Below are positions 28,474-41,612 of a DNA stretch of 64,000 nucleotides, piece after piece. Position 1 is the stretch's first letter. Each line of letters opens with the position of its first letter. The stretch is from the NCBI GenBank assembly GCA_012295275.1, contig CM022672.1, positions 26,784,001 through 26,848,000 on the forward strand, written 5' to 3'. Position numbers and translations under genes: made by a program. The stretch comes from Chrysomallon squamiferum (Eukaryota; Animalia; Mollusca). Under the pieces are notes generated by a model that saw only the letters and a list, made by a program, of their open reading frames with translations, did not search any database and was not told the origin of the DNA.

Positions 28474-30337
28474 GTAGATTACATACATACATTACAGGTG
28501 TACATGTCACACACACACACACATAAACAAATAACTCTATGTATGTACGAACTGGTTTCTTATTATTTATTTATTTACTTATTTATAGTTTCTGATATTT
28601 TTATTTTATTTAATTACTGTGATTGATATTTGAAATTATAATAAAAGTTATTTTTAAAAAATGTATTCTTTTGTCGTTTTTGCTATTGATATAGTTGATG
28701 GTCGCCGCTTTTGTTATTAGGTTATTAATCACTACATGTTCTTCATCATAAACATCATTTTCATCGTTATCTACCAGATAATTATAAATATATAATGGAA
28801 AGTGTGTCTGTGTGTGCGTGTGTGTCTGTGTGTGTGCGCGCGCGCGCGCTCGTGTTTGTTTTTCTTACTTACGTATAAGGGCTACATCCAGTACATATGC
28901 CGCTAAATAGTTAATTGAATGTAATGAAATTCTTTTCTATTGAGTTCTGTTCTGTTATGTTCAAATACGTGCACGTGTTACTTTGGACACACGCAAACAT
29001 TAAACCTACACTTTAATACGTAGGATATCCAAGAAGACTCCCTCCGCCTTTCTTATTTTATTTTAATACTATTGTTTTCGCAATAAAAAAAAACACTGCC
29101 TTGAACTTTGGTTGCTACACGTGTCGCTAAATATTTCTTTAGTATTTGTATTGATGTTCCTTGTCAAACTGTTAATGTTGAGATGTGCTTAAAAACTACT
29201 CTATCTGTTTCTGTCTCTATCGATCAGTCCATCCTACTACAACAGGAAAGAATAGCTATATCTCAAATCAAACAGCAGTTATAATAAAAATTAAAAATAA
29301 TAATTAAAAAAACCAACAAAAAAAACCAACAAAAAACCCCACGAATTAAATTGAAGTAATAAATGGATTCTTTCTCGAATCAATAATAATTTAAAGGATA
29401 TTTTCTCGAATAAATATAAAGAATTTAATTTTTTTTTTTTTCAAATAAGAATAAAATAAAATAAATGATGCTTAACTGAACTGCATATGACACTTTCCTA
29501 AATAAGTAACATAAATTTAGCAGAAACAAGAATTATGAAAAACATAATTTTTCTAGAATCGAGTCTCACCTTTTAAACCATAACTGGTAAGAAATTGTTC
29601 CCCGCATTGTTCACATTGCATTAGAAAAAGAAGACGAGAAAACTGTCTTCTTAAACATTTCTTCTTAACGTTTGAAACATGTCAGAGGAAAGTCTAAATT
29701 TTGTTCACTGCTTTATAGATTTTTAGATTGTTGCCGTAGATGTTGGTTTATCGATAATTTGCTTTGAGCGTAGTGTACAATATATTGACTAGGTTAACTT
29801 TTCACTCAGCGCTTTCCTAAATGATCGGCTGTTTCGTTATGTTTTCGATTTGACACAGAACCAAACCCAAACAAACAAAATTAATTCCGTTAAAATCTTT
29901 ATTTCTTTCTTTCTTTTTCTTTCGTATTCTTTAAAACAAAAAAATAATAAAGAAGTATGTAATGAATGTGGTTAAAGATGAAACCGTGTTTATTTCTTTC
30001 TTTTCTTCATTTCTTTCTCTGATACGGCAGGTAATATAGGTAGAATTGTATAGGGACAATGAAAATCACCAGCGTAAAAACCTGACCGTTGTATTCGATT
30101 GAATTTATAGTAGTAATACGTTTTACTGCTTTGTTGACTTTGTCAATAAGTAGTTATGGATTACAAATCAAACACTACTACCAGTGTGGAAACAACTCAT
30201 ATACAGCAGTTTTCTATTTCTGAAGGCTAATTCAAATACAGATAGCGTAGTTTATTACTGAACAGCTAACCTCTACAGACTCGTATGTAGCGAACTGTCT
30301 ATGTTAGACCAGTTTCACTTTGTACGTTTTTTTTTTA

Positions 30338-30369
<32 letters not shown>

Positions 30370-30874
30370 CCAATGAACATCATTCTTAATGAGGTTGAAT
30401 GCTATAAACATAATACATGCAGTAAATAGATACACACATATATGTACATTTTATTTTATATCATACATTTATTTATTTAGTTATTTATCTTGTAAATCGA
30501 GATATTAACGTGAATTAACCGGTAAAATTAAATATTTTTCGTTAGAAGTTCAGTTCTACCCAGTTCCACCACTAAAACGAAGTTGTCATACTGCACGAGC
30601 GCATAATAAAATGAGGTCGCAAGTAAATAATAAACTTGTGTTTCATATATACATCTTATCTCGTGCTTGTCACAAACAAATAAAACTTGCACAGGACTTG
30701 TGATCTGCTGTCGCGGATTGACAGTGTGACTAGTGGCTATGTCAGTAAATTACAGTTAGGAAGATTTGTACTGGGATTAAAACATTGAATACAGACAACG
30801 TGTAAGTTATTTATTTCTGTTACTTTTCGTTTCTTCGTCCATATAAATAAATATATATATATATATATGAATAA

Positions 30875-30949
<75 letters not shown>

Positions 30950-32082
30950 CACAACACACACACACACACATGCGCACACACATACACACATATACACAGG
31001 TGTATATAGCCGTTTCAATTTCCGAGTTCAGTCGACACCGATATTGTTTTTCGTTATTTCCATATAAATATTTACCAAAACTAAGAATGAAAATAACAGT
31101 TTATTTTTTCAGAATAGTATACTAAGATATAGATGATGATGTATATAATGATGCTGCTGCTGATGATGATAATTATTATTATTATTATTATTATTGTTAT
31201 TATTATTATTATAATTGTTGTTGTTGTTGCAGTTATTTGGATATGTATTCAGTAAAGAAAATTATTTGTTGTAATAACTCCAAAGTAGATTATTATTGTT
31301 ATTGTAATCCTGTTATTATTACTATTATTATTGTTGTTATTATTACTATCCTTGTTGTTACTGTAGCTGTTTTTATTGCTGTTGTTATTTAGCATGTTCC
31401 AGTCGCACTGTTCTCAGTTTATACATTTATGAAACTGCCAAAGCGGCAGATGTTTATTTAGTACTGTACACTGAAATCCAACAAACACACACAGTAATCC
31501 TCTTGGATTAATCTGGGCACAGCTTGCTAAATCCATAGATTATCAAATTTAAAACTATATTCTCTGTAATTCTCAATTTATAAACTGTTACTTGGTCAAC
31601 ATAAAATGGATTACACTGTAGGCAAAAGTAAAAACAAAAAATCTTCCCATTGAATATTCCACATTCTTGAATGGTAGAAACTGTCAGTTAGAATATGTAT
31701 CAGTATTTGCGTGTGGTTACGTGAGTGTGTGATCTGACATGCGTATTTGTACATACACGTATATATCTATGTATTATTTGCCTATTGTGTGTATGTTTTA
31801 TAACTACATTTCAACTGACATTTCATGTTAATTTAAATAAAAATAATTTTGTTGTTTGTTTATTATTAGGTTTTTTAAAATTTATTTATTTGTTTATTTA
31901 TTCATTTATTTTTATATAATATGTAGTGATATATAAAAATTTATATAGTTTTTCATGCTAACTTCTAACTGAATCGATATTATGTGCAGACACTAACATT
32001 TTAATGTAATTGTTAATAGTCGTATTTGTTATCAAAGTTAAATATTTTGTCAAAACTGTTACATGTTATTAGCTGGCATTAA

Positions 32083-32190
32083 GAGCCACTGGTTTAGTCG
32101 TTAGAGCGCCGTGCAGGATGGATAGCAGGAACAATCCTCTACAGAAGCCCATTAAAGCTATTTCCCGTTCCAGACAATATAATGATTCGT
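32083..32190 (+). mobile_element. Degenerate tRNA-derived SINE-like fragment
   Basis: A-box-like head (GGTTTAGTCGTTAGAGCGCC) followed by CCCATT...GCTATTTCCCGTTCCAG. Possibly related fragments lie near 5000-5036 (+), 19107-19140 (+), 25040-25225 (-), 62284-62355 (-) and 63320-63390 (-). The family assignment is from recall only. Confidence 0.4.
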
Positions 32191-32284
32191 CTGGGTTTTT
32201 ATAATACACAAAACTTATAATACAGAAAAAACGAAAGAAAAAAAAATATAAAAATAAAAATAAAAAGATAAAAAGATAAATATA

Positions 32285-32366
<82 letters not shown>

Positions 32367-32699
32367 TATCAAGCCAGTAACTATGTTAAGATGATAGGAG
32401 CAAAAGCTATATTCAGTCTGATAAAAAGATAAATAGAATATAGACAGAAAGAAAAAGAAACAAGTAAATGTATCTGTTCACCTAAAGTCTAAGCAGAAGT
32501 GAAAGTCATGTTTAAAAATGACGTAAGCTGTTTTATTTATATCAATATTCTTCGTTTTTTCAGCTGACGTCACTGATGTAAGGACACTGAAAACATCTTG
32601 TAATACAAGAAAAAGGAATCGTCAGAATGTTTTCCTGGTCTTTGAACAAGTGATAATAATAATAGAATTAAATTTAAAAAAAAAAGAAGATATATATAA

Positions 32700-34278
32700 A
32701 TGGCTGAATTTATTATAAAACAGTTCCTTGTTAATAAGAAAGTAGCCGGCGATTCGCAGTCAAACGGTTCTTGCCATATTGACGATGGATCCACAGACGA
32801 AGAAAAAATATCAAATTCATACACTAAAGAGCAACGACTCTACGTCATCAACAGGGCAGGGACTGGGGAGGTGTATTACTTATTGCTAACCGAAGACAGA
32901 TCTCAGCTGGCATCGAATACCATTCATTCACGAGTGTGGGAACCGCTGCAGAATGTGACAAACTTTGGTACAGTCGTTTTGAATAAATATTTGTACATAA
33001 TTGGAGGTTATGATAAAAGCAATTCTATGCACCTACGTAGAGTTTTAAGGTAAGCATGGGTTTATTTTTACAAAACTGAAGGAACAGAAAAAGAAATTAC
33101 AACAAGATCCTACAGAATAATTATTTTTAGCTATTTGAATAATCGGATTTCACAAAACTTTAAATATATTTGTTACAGTTCTTAAAATCAACACATCAAA
33201 TAAATTGATAATAGATTTAGAGATAACATTGTATGAATCCGTGTATTATAAAAAGTTAAATACGAAGTAGGAACATACACAGTAACTGTTATTAGTTAAC
33301 CTCTTAGCTTCAGTATTGTAACTATAATCAACTAAATTTGTGTTTTCTTTTCTTTTTTCTTTGTCTCTCTTTCCTCGTCCACGTCTTACAGGTACGATCC
33401 AGATACAAATGCATGGGATGAACTGTGTCCAATGACGTTGGCCCGATCCAAATTTGGTGTATGCGCAATGGATGGCAAGATATATGTTTCCGGTGGCGAG
33501 TGGAGTGGCTGTCGCGTCACGGCACGTTGTGAGGTGTACGACGTCGACACCAACACGTGGTCGAGTGCAGGCATGCTGCTAGAACCACGAGCGAAGCACG
33601 CTGTTGCTGTTTACAACAAAGAGTTGCTTTGTGTGCTGGAGGTTACCATGGAAACAGAAGTCACAGAAACCTCTGGTACGTCGCTACGGTTCTAAAATAA
33701 ATTTCTAAATTGATAACAGATTTGTAGGTAACATAGTATGAATCCGTGCAGTTGGTGCAAATCTATAATGATGTGTTTGAGGGTGTGTGTGTGTGTGTGT
33801 GTGCGTTCTAATTTTGGAGAAATAATTTCGAAAATTAACTTCTAGTCTTCGACTATTACAACTACATATTTAATTAAATTTCAGGGTATATGAAAAACAC
33901 AAATGGTGCCAGTTAGATGAAGATTATCCACATCGGCTTCCATGCCCCTTAGAAAGATTTGCCGTCGCTACAGTGAATAATATATTTTATTTTGTTGGAG
34001 GTATCCAATACTTTGGAAAATTGTTCACTCTCTGTAATAGCAAATCTATAGCTGAATTTTACTCGTCCCATTGCTGATAAAAATTTAAAACGGGGTGGCA
34101 TAGGTTATTACAAAATATAATGTAGCCATTCTTATTAAAATGATTTCCTTGAATACATTAGAATTATTATCGATAACTTGCATTTATTATTTACTGTTAT
34201 AATCTACGTTTTAATTTTTTTTTAAATTTAAAATATTCTTTTTCTCTTTTTGTTATTTTCTTAATCTTCAAAAATATA

Positions 34279-34312
<34 letters not shown>

Positions 34313-35044
34313 TTATTTTGAGGTGTAAAAACAAAAATGACAAAACCGAAAGAAAAACCATCCTTCTGTACTCAAAGAAAATTCTTTTCGTTCTGCACTG
34401 GCATTTCCGCCATGTCGGAGAGCACCATCAGAGATCTTATTACTCCATGGAATCTTGAACTTCCGTCCATGATTCATGCGCGTCATAGTGCTGGAGTGGC
34501 CGTTCTTGGTTTGTATTATTACTACTACTATTGCCACAACCACCACTGCTACTATCACTATTATAACAACCACTACTGTTACCACTAATATTACTACTAC
34601 TGCAACTACAATAACAATGACTACTATTACTAATATCACTTTCACTTACACTACTACTACTTCCATCACCACCTCTACAACTAATTTTACCATAACTTCT
34701 GCTTCTGCAACTACTGCCACTACTACTGTTATTACCACCATTGCTACTACCACTACAGGTACTGTTGCTGCAGCAGCAGCAAAATAGTAATAATAATTAA
34801 TATGTATTACTACTGCTACTACTACTACTACTACTAGGAGTATTATTATTGTTATTGATGTTGTTAGTTATTGATTAAGATTTATAACTGCAGGAAACAA
34901 AATACTGATAATTGGTGGACAGTCTTTAGAAACTGGAAAATCAGTGAATGTAACGGAAATCTTTGATACCGAAACGGGGAAATGGGATGAACACTTTCGG
35001 TTTAGAAAAGGTAATGTTCATCACGAATCCATGCTTACCAAAAG

Positions 35045-35078
<34 letters not shown>

Positions 35079-35646
35079 TGAAGCAACCAGCTAATACCTA
35101 ATTCGATAAATAACATTTATTATTAAAATTCACATAGATAATATTGTGTGTGTGTGTGTGACATAAATTAATTTTAGTCATCACAAATTAAATTTTGTAT
35201 TATACAGCAGGCCTCTATAACAAATGATACAGATCTTATTATTAATTCTCATTTATTACATGTTCAAATCTGTCCCTTCCTTCTGTTATGTGAAATGAAA
35301 TATTTAAGGCTTGACAGAAGCATGTGCGAGAAAAAGCTATCCGCCATTTTTATATAAAAACTACTAGCCTAAATTAAGAAATTACTTTTTCATAAATGCT
35401 CTGGTTTAAATATAATATTATCATACGCGTGCCAAAAGACCAGACTTCTTAAATTTTACCCTGTATATTTGACAGTTTGACATATTAACGTTTATTTTAA
35501 ATTAAAAATATGTCATTAATTAAAAGTTCTAGATCAATTCTGTTTCAGGGGATGTATCCAACGTCTCGTGCGCAATCCTGGAAGTGGCTATCAATCCGGT
35601 GTCGGCTGGAAAAGATGCGTTTAGATTAAAATGGGTTATGTGGTGA
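32700..35646 (+). CDS. Kelch-repeat beta-propeller protein without BTB/BACK; frameshift in exon 2 as given (pseudogene, null allele or assembly error)
   Basis: Exons 32700-33049, 33392-33675, 33885-34000, 34323-34508, 34894-35010 and 35549-35646. Kelch GG motifs LYIIGG, IYVSGG, (L)CAGG, FYFVGG and ILIIGG, plus YDPDTNAW, YDVDTNTW and FDTETGKW. The summed exon length is 1151 nt (3n+2), with the break at TGTGTG near 33630. Confidence 0.8.
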
Positions 35647-36277
35647 ATCAAAAGACATAAATCTTGAAATGTTTACCAAATAAAGAAAAAAAAAAAACAA
35701 TCAGGTCTCAACATACAATCTTTTTAAATATAAAAGAACAAAGACATGCAATATATAAATTTTGTTTTTAAATTTTATTTTTAAATCTGTAAAAAAATTA
35801 CTTCAGTGCTGAAAGATATATATAAAGTATGATTGATTATGACAGTATGTACTTTTTAATATAAAGTAATTAATTATTAGCTAATTAAAACATAATACAT
35901 TTGAGGACAAAGGTAGAAGAAAATAAACCAAACTTTAAAACAACTGCACCTTCACTTTTCCATACTCGTATTTTATATCATAATTATATTTAATATATAT
36001 ATTGTTATAAGAGTAAACCTGAGTATAGATTTATTTGTGAATTATATATCAGAAAAGTTTTTGTCATTTAAAAAAAAAAAAATGTTGTACTTATGAAATC
36101 GCTGTTGTAAATAATTAAAACAATAAACGATTGTTTCTTAAAAATGATTTATTTATTTATCATCATTATCATCATAATTATTACTATTAATTATTATCGT
36201 TATCATTATTATTGTTATCTTGCGGCTACTTGTTACTACCACTAATACTACTACAACTATTTCAGCTACTGCCTTTG

Positions 36278-36331
<54 letters not shown>

Positions 36332-36714
36332 ATTAATTAATTTTAAAAAGTAAACAAGCTTGAAAAAATGCAAAAGAATTAGCGACATCAACGTTTTGAT
36401 TGATCAAAAAAATAATTTAAAATTCATAAAATAAATTGTGTATTACACACCAAGCCGTTATACTAAATAATGACCTGAAATTTATTTTTTAATTTTCGTT
36501 TATAACGACAGGCATATCTTAAATATACCAGCTGAAACAAAAATATACTGTTAATTTAGAGACAAATTCAGAATTTCATACATTATACAAAATAAATATA
36601 CAATTTCACACTACAAATTATATACAGTATATAAATACTTATAACAAAACATAAAATATATGTAAATAATTAATTGATAATAAAGGAAACAGTTCAGTTA
36701 TTTGCATCTAAACG

Positions 36715-37173
36715 CTAAATGCAAATTTCATCCATATCTTTACTGTTTATCGACTTATTTAAAGGAAAGTTGTCCCATGACAAAGATGCATCCACTCTTT
36801 CGTGGTAGGGGAAACTATCCCAAGTCATTGATGTTTCAAAACTGTACCCTGAAGCAAGAGAGTCGTGCACTTTCTGGTTGACAGGGGGCAAGTACGATCC
36901 ATCCAGGTCTGTTATTGGCGTTGACAGTCGTCGTGAGGTCTTCTCCACAAACGACATCGACAAAGTCGTCAAATCATCGACGGGGTCGATGTCAATTATC
37001 CATGGACTGGTGTCCATGGAACCAATGCCTTTGTCACAGTCTGAAATGTTCGCGTCATCGCCAAATGTTGACGATGTCGTCGCTGTTGACGTCGTGCTGA
37101 GAAGCATGTCTAGTTTATCATCGCTGCTTTCTGACGAAACTTGGTCGTTGTTAACGTTGTAATCATCGTCGAT

Positions 37174-37206
<33 letters not shown>

Positions 37207-37797
37207 GATGCAGTGACCGCTGTCCTTTTGGTCATCATTAGACTCTGTACAAATGGAAGTATCTTTTGATTCCAGAATGTCTGACTGGTCGCTTACTGGA
37301 GACACTTCACAGTTAAACAAGTTTCTCGTGCTGGCGCTGTCTGTTGACTTCTGAGGTGTTGTGTAAGTCAAATGGTAAGGCGAGAAGTCCGCCTGTGCTT
37401 GAATCACGAACACGTCGGATTCGCCGAATCCAGGAGAATCGTTCATGTACGTGTCGTTAAACACAGACTCCAGCTCGTCACTGAACCGTATACTGATGTT
37501 TTTCTTAGAACTGTTCTTCCTTAACGACGACTGTAGCCAGGTTGACGACGTAACTGAACGACGTCTGCGGTACCTCGAAAAGGGTCTTTTGTAGATCTTC
37601 TGAAAACACACCCGCCAGATCACACAGCCTGAAAACATGACTAGCATAGCAATAAGGACAACTGCAGATGAAAAGATCACCCATTCTTTGTTTTCTTCAT
37701 TATGAACTGTTAAGAAATACTCTTTGCTAGCATTCTCTAAATCCTCTAACTGTCTGGCATACAGAAGATGTCGTTGACCCGTAGGGACATGTGTCAT
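36715..37797 (-). CDS. Uncharacterised single-pass membrane protein with long acidic/Ser-rich tail, 360 aa, intronless
   Basis: Long, higher-GC ORF starting with ATG. One hydrophobic helix (WVIFSSAVVLIAMLVMFSGCVIW) is followed by a basic cluster (RYRRRR), then a poly-Asp, disordered tail. No recognised domain. Confidence 0.72.
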
Positions 37798-37829
37798 AAT
37801 TTAGAATAAGAAAAATATTCTTTTTGTAA

Positions 37830-38215
37830 AATATCCACAAATATTAAACTTTCCTCATTCATCCGTCAGAAATTACGTTGTGCAAAATAAAACCTTAAAC
37901 ATATAACAAATGTTATATATACACTTTGCTCAGTCCTGCGACCGAAAAAAGTTGTGAAAAATACTCACAAACATATAAAAAAAAAAAAAGTTATACAATT
38001 TCCTCCTTCATCCGAGCGCACTAAAGTTGTGCAAAATAGTCACAAAGTCGTTGCAGATGTTATACAATTTCCTCATTCGATCATACGAAATGTCGTTGTG
38101 CAAAATAATCACAAATGCGCAGATGTCATACAATTTCCTCTTTTAATCCTATCGAAATAAAGTTGTGCAAAATATCCACAAAAATATAATGAATGTTTTT
38201 GACTTTTCTCATTCG
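37830..38215. repeat. Degenerate array of about 60-75 bp, about 6 copies, immediately 5' of the orphan membrane-protein ATG
   Basis: Recurrent ATACAATTTCCTCATTC ... (A)GTTGTGCAAAATA..CACAAA blocks with variable linkers. Confidence 0.75.
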
Positions 38216-38476
38216 TTTGACGATTTTAGTTTTTCTTTTCTTATTTGTTTTATTTAGTCCTCTTTGTCTTGTTCTGCTATTTCCTTCAGTAATTTAACGA
38301 AGTGTTCTCAACTTCAGTCGTTTAAACTAATGTTAGAGAATTAAGGTGACATACCCAGCCGGGGAAAAGTACTTCGGAGGTAAGCTTAAAAGTGCTCACA
38401 TCTTCGTGCGTAGTGATAAATTTAGCGATTTCCAAACCCTGAGTATAACAGTATGTTTTTAAATAGTCTATTTTGT

Positions 38477-38550
<74 letters not shown>

Positions 38551-39042
38551 ATAATTATAAATAAATAATCATCTTTATCTTTAAAACTGTTTAATATTTC
38601 ATTAGTAATATTAACACAATTTTCATTTAAATTAAAAACACCATTTTCTTTAAATAAATATTTTCAAATTTTGTGCTATTACATATAATTACGACATAAC
38701 GTTTTCAGAAAATAAATAATTCACTCGTAATGAAATAAAATATCGCACAGCTGTTGATCACATGTTCATAATTTTAACTGCCTCAAACAAATAACGTAGT
38801 TAAAATCCAAGCCATGTATTGACTCGAAGGAGGTCACCTCAGAACACGCTGAACATTGAAATCAAAATTAATTGTGTTGTAAGGCAAACATCGATATCAG
38901 GTGGTTTAAAGGGATCTCGATCCCACTGTTTACAGAAGAAACTTTATTTTTCTTCTTTTAAAGTAAAGTTATATTCTGTTACATTTGTTATTAATATGTA
39001 TTGTGAGATACCACTCAGAATCGTTTTATCACCATCATTATC

Positions 39043-39095
<53 letters not shown>

Positions 39096-41002
39096 AGTAA
39101 CATAACGAGTCAGCTAATGAGATATACGTAATGTTGATTGAATGTGAATACTGTATGTGATTTCACTGAATCCTTTAAATAAAAATAAAAATAAAACAAT
39201 AAAATAAAATAAAATAAAAATAAAATAAAGAAATAGGATAAAGAAATAGTTCGTGCCATTAACATTAATGTCTATAACAATGACGGTAACTGACTATGTA
39301 CCGTCTTCAGCTCCGTGTATTTTGGTTTTAACTGAATAGCTAGAAGGGTTTTTAACTGAATAGCTAGAAGGGTTTTTAACTGAATAGGTAGAAGGGTTGA
39401 AGGATAACAAAGTCATGATCTTTTCTCACCAGTGCACTGATCGCACGGGTTATTAACTAATAGTTCCAGCTGGTGCCTTCTCGTAGTTCTGCAAATCGAT
39501 CGAATCAGTCTGATAAACTTCTTGATATGGTTTTTGATATTAGGCCTAAATTCACTAATGTTAATTTGTCATTTCCACAGTCGCTTATATTTTATATTAA
39601 TCGCTAAGATTTTATTTCGTTATTTTTACTGTTGTTATTGTTGTTGTCGTAATGGTAATTATTATTTTTATTTATTATTTTATTTATTATTTTTTATTTA
39701 TTTATTTTTATTTTTACTTAATTTATCATTATTATTATTTTTGTTTTCGTCCTGTACTAATCAATCAGTCAATCGGAATATACATCCAGAGAAAATTCAA
39801 ACATGTCTTCGGTGACACAGCATTTGTCCTAAACAGTATTATCATTATATTAACAGGCTAATTACAAATGAAAAAATGATGTAATACTTTTACTCGTATC
39901 AACCTGGAAAGAACAGTGGTTCCCTAAGAATCGGTCGGTAAACCACTGTGACATCGAATTAAACAGTTCATAAATTATTTTTTTTTACGTGCATATAATA
40001 CTTACTTAAATAAGTAATTTCATGCATCAATAACTGATAAAAAAAGAACATTTTAATTGAATGGTAAAGTATTACATAAATGTTTAATTGAAACCGCCCA
40101 TTTAAGTTTTCTTTTGAACTCTTCTACGAAGTTGTCACCTGTCAATTTCTTGTACTTTATTTTAATTATATGATATATAAACGTTCATACTTTTGTTTGA
40201 CTTGATTACACAACAATATATTTCAAATTTTTTTATTAAACACAATACATGTATTTTAAAATTATAAAAATAACCATTTTCATTTAACATCGGAAAGAAA
40301 AAAAATATAATCATGAATCCTTTTTTTAAATTTCAAATAAAATTTGGTTCCAGCTGAAAAATATTTTTGATTCGTCTTCCATGTTGTATAATTAAAATAA
40401 AATAAAATATAATTAATGATGAATAATCTTAAAAAAAAAAAAAAAAAAATATTAAAGTTGAATAAAAAAAAAAAAAAAAATTTTAAAAATATGGTTAAAT
40501 AAGGCTATTTATGTTTGTTTTTTTTATTTTATTTTTATGAATTATCTCTTTCGTCTTCATATATTCAGTTTCATTTCAATTTTTATTACTACAAATGTTT
40601 TTTCTTTATTATTATAAAATATATATGTTTTAAAACAGTTATTATGTAATTTCCTCTTCAGAAATATTTCTTTATAAAATATTATTACAGAAGTCTAAAA
40701 ATATAAACTCGGCCAAAATAATGTAACAGTTGGGAATATAAAAAAGTAAAATCAAATATAAGTGAAATAAAATAAATAATAATAGAAACAAAATAAAAAA
40801 GATGATGTTGATAATATCAAACGACACAAAAACAACAAACAAACAAAAGAAACATAAATAACAAACATAAAAATAGAAAATATAGCCTAAAATATCATTG
40901 AATATTTTAATTTCCCTGTAGCATAACTTCTGGGTTGTGTTGGAATGTTTGACAAAAATGTGTAACTAAACATCCTGTAAGTAAAATATTGTGAAGTGCA
41001 GA

Positions 41003-41592
41003 ACAAATGTTTATTAATATCAATCATGGAAAAATGAGCAAGTTTTTGTTTTATAGCAAATGTTTATCAGTATCAATCATGGAAAAAATGGACACGTTTT
41101 TGGTTTGTAGCAAATGTTCATCAATATCAATCATGGAAAAATGAGCCTGTTTTTTTTTATAGCAAATGTTTATCAGTATCAATCATGGAAAAAATGGACA
41201 CGTTTTTGGTTTGTAGCAAATGTTCATCAATATCAATCATGGAAAAATGAGCATGTTTTTGTTTTATAGCAAATGTTTATCAGTATGAATCATGGAAAAA
41301 TGAGCAAGTTTTTGGTTTATAGGAAATGTTCATCAATATATATCATGGAAAAATGAGCATGTTTTGTTTTATAGCAAATGTTCATCAATATCAATCAAGG
41401 AAAAATGAGCAAGTTTTTGGTTTATAGCAAATGTTCATCAATATCAATCATGGAAAAATGAGCATGTTTTGTTTTATAGCAAATGTTCATCAATATCAAT
41501 CATGGAAAAATGAGCAAGTTTTTCATTTATAGCAAATGTTCATCAATACCAATCATGGAAAAATGAGCAAGTTTTTGGTTTGTAGCAAATGT
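41003..41592. repeat. About 53-bp minisatellite, about 11 copies, in the predicted 3'UTR of the NKRF-like gene
   Basis: Unit AGCAAATGTTCATCAATATCAATCATGGAAAAATGAGCAAGTTTTTGGTTTAT. It begins about 20 nt after the stop codon on the minus strand. Confidence 0.95.
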
Positions 41593-41612
41593 TGAAATCT
41601 GAAAGACTCAGT

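Noticed and set aside
32083-32160. Possible tRNA gene
   Set aside because: Only degenerate A/B-box-like traces are present and no cloverleaf could be built; it is better explained as a SINE remnant.
34476-34787. Thr-rich mucin-like ORF and its Val/Ile-rich antisense ORF
   Set aside because: It lies mostly in Kelch intron 4 and is a degenerate (ACT/ACC)n trinucleotide tract with no supporting gene structure.
37830-38215. Repeat-with-variable-spacer array superficially like CRISPR
   Set aside because: The repeats are degenerate and irregular, the context is eukaryotic, and no cas genes are present. The other arrays (8114, 41003, 58848) have no unique spacers.
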